Shown here in pieces: positions 21,911 to 28,627 of a DNA stretch of 28,627 nucleotides (position 1 is its first letter; each line of letters opens with the position of its first letter). The DNA comes from Octopus sinensis (taxonomy: Eukaryota), in contig NW_021836749.1 of NCBI RefSeq assembly GCF_006345805.1, positions 1-28,627 on the forward strand, read 5' to 3'. The translations under genes and the position numbers were made by a program. The notes under the pieces were generated by a model. It worked only from the letters and a program-made list of their open reading frames with translations. It was not told the origin of the DNA and did not search any database.

Positions 21911-22013
21911 CGTCATCTCTAGGTGGAGGATTTCTACGCCCCTGAAACCGGGGAACCGGCCCTTATGAGCTTGGCATGGCTCGAGAGGGAACATTTATCT
22001 ATTTAAAAAATTT

Positions 22014-22025
22014 TTATAAGCCTTT
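22014..22025 (+). repeat. Right target-site duplication TTATAAGCCTTT
   Basis: 11/12 identical to 5361-5372; follows the A/T-rich SINE 3' end. Confidence 0.7.
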
Positions 22026-22061
22026 ATGTTTAGAAAGTAAAGAAGTCTATCAGTAGCAGCG

Positions 22062-22102
22062 GTGGTGGTGGTGGTGGTGGAGGTGGTGGTGGTGGTCGTC
22101 GT

Positions 22103-22133
<31 letters not shown>

Positions 22134-22156
22134 CTCATCGTCGCTGTCGTCGTCGT
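22062..22156. repeat. (GGT)n(CGT)n(CAT) compound trinucleotide repeat
   Basis: Read directly. Confidence 0.9.
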
Positions 22157-22185
22157 AAATTCGAATTCATATATATTTTTTCGTT

Positions 22186-22338
22186 CTAATCTTTTACTTG
22201 TTTCCCACGACTTACATTTTTAAGCCTTACGCTTATTCTACCGGTGTTCTTTTGCAGATCCGCTAGCTTAGTTATGGAGACGTAATCACACCAATACCGG
22301 TTGTCAATCGGTGGTGGAGGACAAACACACACACACAC

Positions 22339-22373
<35 letters not shown>

Positions 22374-22375
22374 TG
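22186..22375 (-). mobile_element. 3' half of SINE family B with its internal (TG)n tract
   Basis: The reverse complement (tttgtcctccaccaccgattgacaaccggtattggtgtg...gcaaaagaacaccggtagaataag...gaaacaagtaaaag) aligns with 23325-23520. Confidence 0.7.
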
Positions 22376-22649
22376 TATATAACTCTCTTTATTTTTTGGA
22401 ATGATGGATCTCGAATCATGCATAAAAAATTTTCGATTGAAAAGCGCATTCGAACAGAAAATGTTAAAAATTGCTAAAGGTTATTGAACCCAAGCGCGGC
22501 ATATGCATATACACATTCGAATACTGCGGCTTAAAATACTGCAATATTCATGAGACATGCTTTGCTCGCACTAATCGGTATTCATGTGACTGTATTTGTT
22601 TATCAGAATAGCATTTATAATGCGTGTGTTCCTTTATGTCCTGGCGCTT

Positions 22650-23700
22650 ATCGGTTTGTCCAGTAAATAGGGGATACTTTTAATGAATTGGATTAATAAG
22701 ATTGATGCCGCAAGTTACCCCTTTCTCCAGAAGAAGAGGCTTTAGCTTTTGTTCTTCGAAGCCCTCCAGGATCTAATGGGAATAACACCGCGGCATCTCG
22801 CTTGGTCTTAAACAAGGAGATAACACTTCGGTTCTTACCGGCTGATCATGGTTAATGAACCTCATGTAACACCCCGTTATGCTTGGAAGACAGAGCTGTA
22901 CCTTTGGTTCTGGCAGGACCTCCAAGACGAATGAAATTGATATCGTAATATTCCGCTTGGTCACGAAGAAGAAAAGGAATAAAACTTCAATTCTTATCGG
23001 CCCGTCACGGTTAACGAGGCTGAATGTAATCTCCCGTTATGCATGAAAGACGGAACTGTATCTTTGGTCGTGGCAGGACATCCAAAGACGAATGACATTG
23101 ATACCATAGGCGCAGGAGTGGCTGTGTGGTAAGTAGCTTGTTTACCAACCACATGATTCCGGGTTCAGTCCCATTGCGTGGCACCTTGGGCAGGTGTCTT
23201 CTACTATAGCCTCGGGCCGACCAATGCCTTGTGAGTGGATTTGGTAGACGGAAACTGAAAGAAGCCCGTCGTATATATGTATATATATATATATATAAGT
23301 GTGTGTGTATATGTTTGTGTGTCTGTCTTTGTCCCCCTAGCATTGCTTGGCAACCGATGCTGGTGTGTTTATGTCCCCGTTACTTAGCGGTTCGGCAAAA
23401 GAGACCGATAGAATAAGTACTGGGCTTACAAAAGAATAAGTCCCGGGGTCGAGTTGCTCGATTAAAGGCGGTGCTCCAGCATGGCCGCAGTCAAATGACT
23501 GAAACAAGTGAAAGAGTAAAAGAGTAAGAGTATAACATTCTGTTTGGTCTCGAATAAGAGAGGAAAATTCCGATTCTTATCGACCCGTCATGTTTTATGA
23601 GACTCATGTAACATTCCGTTATTCCTGGAAGACGGAGCTGCTCCTATGATTGTGGACTGAAAGATATCCAACGACTGATATGGTCAACTAGACTTTTGCA
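22650..23700. repeat. Degenerate ~155-bp tandem repeat (3 clear units plus 1 decayed), interrupted by a SINE
   Basis: Units start at cgcttggtc 22799, cgcttggtc 22954 and tgtttggtc 23541. Shared motifs include ttctta(c/t)cg, atgtaa..(c/t)ccgttat and gaagac(a/g)gagctg. Confidence 0.7.
23109..23530 (+). mobile_element. Full-length tRNA/CORE-type SINE family B with internal microsatellite
   Basis: A-box-like tggctgtgtgg, B-box-like gggttcagtcc, CORE-like caccttgggcaggtgtctt, internal (TA)n(TG)n at 23270-23325, and a 3' end with repeated aaagagt. Possible short TSD ATA (23106-23108 / 23532-23534). Confidence 0.8.
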
Positions 23701-23751
23701 TGCGGTGTTCCGGATTAGCCAAGAGTTTCTGAAACCAGTAACATAGTAAAA

Positions 23752-24280
<529 letters not shown>

Positions 24281-24459
24281 CCTGCCTGCTCGCCTGTATA
24301 TTTGTCTGTCTGTCTCAAAATTTTTCTCATCTCCCCCACCCCTTCTTTCTCATGTGTCTCTCTGTCTGCCTGTCTCTCTCTCTCTCTCTCTCTCTCACTC
24401 TGTTCTATCCACATCTATCGCTCCATCTCAGTTTACCTTCATCATTATCAGTTAACACT

Positions 24460-24738
24460 TACACACACACACGCACACACACACACACGCACACACACAC
24501 ACACGCCACAACACACACACACGCACACCACACACAACACACACGCACACACACCACACACGCACACACACACACACGACACACACACACACACACGCAC
24601 ACACACACACACGCACACACACACACACGCACACACACAGAGACACACACACACGCACACACACACACAGACGCACATACACAGAGACACACACACACGC
24701 ACACACACACAGAAATGCACACACACACACATACACAC
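24460..24738. repeat. Imperfect (CA)n microsatellite
   Basis: Read directly. Confidence 0.95.
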
Positions 24739-24804
24739 ATCTTTATTTCTGTTATTCCTTTACTAGTCTCTTTTTGTCATTTCGATCTCTATTACTCATA
24801 CAGA

Positions 24805-25875
24805 CTCTTCTTCTTCTTCTTCTTCTTCTTCCTCCTTCTTCTTTTTCTTCTTGTCTTCTTCTTCTTCATCATCTTCTTCTTCTGCTTCGTCTCCTCCTTC
24901 CTCCTCTTCCTTCTTCACCCGCTCCTTCCTCTCTCTCTCTTCTTTGTTCACCTCCCCTCCTTCACGCCTCATTCTCCTCCTCCTCCTCCCCAATCTCCTC
25001 CTTCCCCTCTCCTTTGTTTACCTCTCACTCCTTCACTTCTTCTTCTTCGTCTTCTCTCTCATCAGTCAGATCTTCCTTTTCAGTAATAGTCTTGTCTTTA
25101 ATCTCTCTCTCTCTCTTTCCATTTGTTCCTTCTTCTTCACTCCGTTTCTAACCGCCTCCTACTTCCATCCACATCCCCCCTTTCTCATTCTTACCCCTTC
25201 CACCCCTTCTTTCATAATCTCTCAATATATATCTGTCTAATTCCTCTCTCTTCTCCCCTTACTCTCTCACTTTGCTTTTCATAATCTCTATACATTTATC
25301 TCATACCAACTCTCAGATTTTCTTCACACTTGCTCACTTTCTGTCTCTTCTTCTTCTTCTTCTTCTTCTTCTTCTTCTTCTTCTTCTTCTTCTTCTTCTT
25401 CTTTTCCTTCTTCCTCTTCTTCTCTTTTTCTTCTTCTTCTTCTTCTTCTTCTTCTTCTTTTCCTTCTTTTTTCTTCTTTTTCTTTTCCTTCTTCTTTTTC
25501 TTCTTTTTCTTCTTTTCCTTCTTCTTCTTCTTCTTCTTCTTCTTCTTCTTCTTCTTCGTCTCTTTTTCTTCTTCTTTTCCTCCTTGTTCTTCTTGTTCTT
25601 CCTCTTCTTCTTCTTCTTCTTCTTCTCCTCCTTTTTCTTCTTTTTTTCCTTCTTCTTCTTCTTTTCCTTCTTTTTCTACTCCTTCTTTTCCTTCTTCTTC
25701 TTAACTTTTTTTCTTCACCTTCTTCTTCTTCTTCTTCTTATCTTTTTCTTCTTCACCTTCTTCTTCTTCTACTTCTCCTCCTCCTTTTTCTTCTTCATCT
25801 CCCCTTCTTCCTCCTCCTCTCCTCCTCCTCCTCCTCCTTCTTCTACCCTCCCATCCCCCCTCTCCCCCCTTTCTC
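24805..25875. repeat. Polypyrimidine low-complexity tract rich in (CTT)n/(CCT)n
   Basis: Strongly C/T-biased + strand, nearly purine-free from ~25340 to ~25850. Confidence 0.95.
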
Positions 25876-26159
25876 TACATCCACCGCTATTTCAACTTCT
25901 GTCTGTCTGTCCGTCCGATCGCCACCCCCTCTCTTCCCTGCCCCCCCCCCACCTCGTTTTCTTCTTCTTCGTTACAACAACAACAACGAGTAATCTGCAG
26001 TCTACCAGTATTGCCGACGAAATCATCGAGACCGACTTCTTCTCCTTTGTGGATGTGCAGTTGCTGCACTGGTTGCTATTGCAGATTGCAGTTTGTTTTG
26101 CAACAGCCAGAATCTCTGATACTGCAGCTGATAAAAACCATCATGATATTCCCGAAGAC

Positions 26160-26278
26160 GATACTGCTGCTACTGCTACCGCTGCAGCCATTGAAGCTGC
26201 TGCTGCTGCTGATGATGATGATGATGAGATGAGGATGAGGATGAGGATGAGGATGGTGATAGTGGTGATGGTGATGAC
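26160..26278. repeat. (GCT)n(GAT)n(GAGGAT)n low-complexity repeat
   Basis: Read directly. Confidence 0.85.
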
Positions 26279-26504
26279 GCTAGTTATGATGTCAGTGGCG
26301 TTGTTGATATGCAGTCTGTTGCATTCTAAATACAGACAGGCATATTTGTTATGGTGAAAGCAAAAGTATGCTGGGTAACGGAAGTTGAGAAATGACAGAC
26401 AGAATCTCCTAAAAATAGATTTACTCCACCGGACTTGGCTTCAGATAAATTACTTATAAATAGATAGACAAATAAATAAACTATAACGATAAGAATTACA
26501 ATTA

Positions 26505-26565
26505 TAGCAAAACAACAACAACACAACAACAACAACAACAACAGCAGCAGCAGCAACAACAACAA
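26505..26565. repeat. (AAC)n/(AGC)n microsatellite
   Basis: Read directly. Confidence 0.9.
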
Positions 26566-26574
26566 TTGCTACTG

Positions 26575-26790
26575 ATTTAGAGGTACACGATGAAAAATTT
26601 TGAATGTCGGGGTCTTAGTCGATGCCATCAATCCCAGTGGTTGTTTAATATTTTGCTTTATCGATCCCGGAGCGATAAAATGTAAATCTGGTGACTTCAG
26701 TGAGATTTGAACTCAGAACGCAAAATGCTGAAACAAATATCGCAAAACGTTTTCATTGACGCTCTCACGACTTTTTCCAGCTCGCCTCCT
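26575..26790 (-). mobile_element. SINE family A, diverged
   Basis: ttagtcgatgccatcaatcccagt ... tttatcgatccc ... atttgaactcagaacg ... ttccagctcgcc follows the same motif order as the other family A copies. Confidence 0.55.
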
Positions 26791-26862
26791 CAGTGTCAAC
26801 AACGTCATAGCCATCATCAATAACAACAAAGGCAACAACAACAACAATAATAATAATAATAA

Positions 26863-27590
26863 TTTCTTTTATGGCCCATAAGGTCCAAGACAGAGGACAA
26901 TAGCAATGGTCAAGATACAACACACAAAACAGGTGGGGTTTATGTCGATTAAAAGAAGGCTAGAACATTAAGAATATAACAAAATTATATAAAAACAGAG
27001 ATTAAAATTAATCAATTAATCAATTGATTAATTGAGTCCTCAATAGCGTAGTAGTCCACTTAGGGTAATTCGGAGCAAAGACCACACAAAAAGTCCTGGA
27101 TTATTCTGCCGTCTCCAAGGCACGGAACGTGTATCTTCCAGTTTCTTTCCTTCTACTGAGAAAAGCTTACTCAGAGTTGATCTATTCATCCTCACCAGTC
27201 TTGCCACTTTCGCCCACACTTTGATAAACTCACTAGAATGTAGGACCACCCTCTCTTTACTCTCACCTTCTTCCTCAAATGATATTTGAAGAAATTGATG
27301 AGAGTTTGGCTAGATAATTAAGTGCTTGTCTTCAATCCTTTTAGATGGGTCCACCACTCACCCTATTTTGCTACAGCAACGAAACAGAGAAAGACCAGCC
27401 TCTTTTCTCTGCCAAAGGAAGTTAGTACGTCAATTTTTGCTATATGTTCGATGGGCAGTTGGGTTCGTCTTACACAAGATATCAGTTGCTCAACACAAGC
27501 TTCGAGTCACTAATGATTGCTTGCAGGACGATTTCATCCCCCGGCATTCATCTCGAGCAGGTTGGTGCTTCCATGCCTGATCCAGGCAAT
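26863..27590 (-). pseudogene. 5'-truncated, decayed L1/Tx1-type LINE: ORF2 C-terminus plus 3' UTR with (ATT)n tail
   Basis: Manual minus-strand translation, with stops and frameshifts: TCSR*MPGDEIVLQAII (decayed CCHC zinc knuckle) ... CVEQLISCVRRTQLPIEHIAKIDVLTSFGREKRLVFLCFVAVAK*GEWWTHLKGLKTST*LSSQTLINFFKYHLRKKVRVKR ... VLHSSEFIKVWAKVARLVRMN. The element ends cataaaagaaatt(att)n. Clade assignment rests on recalled family motifs. Confidence 0.65.
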
Positions 27591-27595
27591 TGATA

Positions 27596-27802
27596 ATAAC
27601 AATCCTTTCTACGGTCGGCACAAGGCCTGAAATTTCGAAGGAAATGGGTAAGCCGACTACATCAATCAATTGGTACTTATCTTATCGACCACGAAAGGGT
27701 GAAAGACAATTCGCCATCGACAAAATTTGAAGTCAAAAACGGACGAAATGCAGCCAAGCATTTTTCTAGCCGTGCTAATGATTCTACCAGCCCGCCTCCT
27801 TA
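27596..27802 (-). mobile_element. SINE family A, near full length
   Basis: aatcctttctacggtcggcacaaggcctgaaattt ... ttggtacttatcttatcgaccacgaaaggg ... acggacgaaatgcagccaagcattt ... gattctaccagcccgcc. Confidence 0.7.
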
Positions 27803-28018
27803 AATGCGAATGTAATATTGATAGAAGCTGTTTTTAACAGTATTTGTTGTAAGCAATTTATTTCGAAGTATCATTTCTCTATGACATCCAATCTAAAACC
27901 CTGTGCTCTACTGTTTTTCTCCAAATCAATTCATAGCGCAGTCCACTAATTTAACAACACCTGTCAAACCAATCCGCTAGAAATAACAACCTAATCTCAA
28001 TAAAAACACATTGAATAA

Positions 28019-28206
28019 AGTTCTATATTTAAAAAATGAGGAATTATGTACATTATTTACAGTATTTACATTTAACTGATATTTGTCCCCATCTTGTTTG
28101 TTGTTAACACAACGTTTCGGCTAATATACCCACCAGCCTTCATCAGGTGTCTTAGGGAAATTTCGAACCTGGGTTCTCATTCATAAGGTATTTTTCGATG
28201 TTATCA

Positions 28207-28251
<45 letters not shown>

Positions 28252-28312
28252 ACACTGCCTGGAATCTACTCGGAATCTTGGGGTTAGTAGCCCGTGCTCT
28301 TAACAACTACGC
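28019..28312 (-). mobile_element. tRNA-headed SINE (family D) carrying an (AAT)n tract and a hammerhead ribozyme
   Basis: Minus strand reads: degenerate tRNA-like head (gcgtagttgttaagagcacgggctactaaccccaagattccgagtagattccagg), then (AAT)n, then ...aagacacCTGATGAaggct...agccGAAAcgttgtgtt, then an AT-rich 3' end. Confidence 0.65.
28106..28151 (-). ncRNA. Minimal type-I hammerhead ribozyme
   Basis: GACAC-CUGAUGA-A-GGCU(GG)-loop-(UU)AGCC-GAAA-CGU-U-GUGUU. Complete conserved core; 5-bp stem I (GACAC/GUGUU); 4-6-bp stem II; palindromic ACGU stem III. Predicted cleavage is after GUU, between 28111 and 28110. Confidence 0.7.
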
Positions 28313-28318
28313 TCTCGT

Positions 28319-28387
28319 GCATATGGCGTAGTGTTTAAGAGCGTGGTCTATTAACACCAAGATTCCGAGATCGATTCCAGACAGTGA

Positions 28388-28391
<4 letters not shown>
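28319..28391 (+). mobile_element. Second tRNA-like head of SINE family D, truncated after its (AAT)n tract
   Basis: gcatatggcgtagtgtttaagagcg...ccaagattccgagatcgattccagacagtgacctg is an inverted copy of 28245-28312. Confidence 0.65.
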
Positions 28392-28429
<38 letters not shown>

Positions 28430-28456
28430 GAAGAATAATAATAATAATAAGAAGAA
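28392..28456. repeat. (AAT)n/(AAG)n microsatellite
   Basis: Read directly. Confidence 0.9.
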
Positions 28457-28515
28457 GTGGGACTGAACCCGGAACCATGTGGTTTGTAAGCAAGCTACTT
28501 ACCACACAGCTACTC
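28457..28515 (-). mobile_element. tRNA-like head of SINE family B (fragment)
   Basis: The reverse complement gagtagctgtgtggtaagtagcttgcttacaaaccacatggttccgggttcagtcccac matches 23116-23172. Confidence 0.75.
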
Positions 28516-28627
28516 AAGAATCAAACAAAACTTTGATGAGTTATATTCGATTTTAAGATGAGAATGTGACGAGGCAGCTGCTGGATGTCCCTACCTCCCC
28601 AAGAGGAGTTCTAGTAATGTTTCAATC

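Larger units (their letters stand above)
5486..22013 (+). mobile_element. tRNA-derived SINE (family C, CORE-like central domain) split by internal tandem amplification
   Basis: Head GGAGGCGCG at 5486 with A-box and B-box. The body continues through the repeat monomer, and the unique 3' part (cgtcatctctaggtggagg...gagagggaacatttatctattt) resumes at 21911. Collapsing the array gives a SINE-sized element of ~270 bp. Confidence 0.8.

Noticed and set aside
22773-23343. Minus-strand ORFs with repeated VLP.PK.Q..L..ITG motif suggesting a protein repeat
   Set aside because: This reflects the DNA tandem repeat. The frame is broken by an indel and stop, and the longer ORF runs through a SINE.
25960-26340. 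Possible exon in the trinucleotide-rich segment (a minus-strand tttag acceptor-like site near 26326)
   Set aside because: All three minus frames hit stops within a short distance, and the plus frame shows no recognisable protein. Cannot be supported without RNA data.
25272-26357. 361-aa ORF rich in L/F/S
   Set aside because: Produced by the stop-free (CTT)n tract; no recognisable domain.

Overview
Eukaryotic, repeat-saturated window with no supportable intact protein-coding gene. The SINE families and microsatellite density look like an octopus (coleoid cephalopod) genome; this is an inference from recognised repeat sequences, not a database result. The dominant structure is one retro-insertion at 5373-22013, flanked by a 12-bp target-site duplication (TTATAAGCGTTT / TTATAAGCCTTT). 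It consists of a full-length U6 snRNA copy fused directly to a tRNA-derived SINE. A 118-bp internal segment of that SINE (B-box plus CORE-like domain) has amplified in place to about 139 tandem copies (~16.4 kb), and the SINE head and tail still sit at either end. The flanks contain: three minimal type-I hammerhead ribozyme motifs of the Penelope/retrozyme type (two in a long inverted repeat at 2175-4182, one in a tRNA-headed SINE at 28019-28312); many SINE fragments; a decayed L1/Tx1-type LINE 3' end; a degenerate ~155-bp tandem repeat; and long microsatellite and polypyrimidine tracts. Almost all ORFs in the supplied track are translations of repeats.
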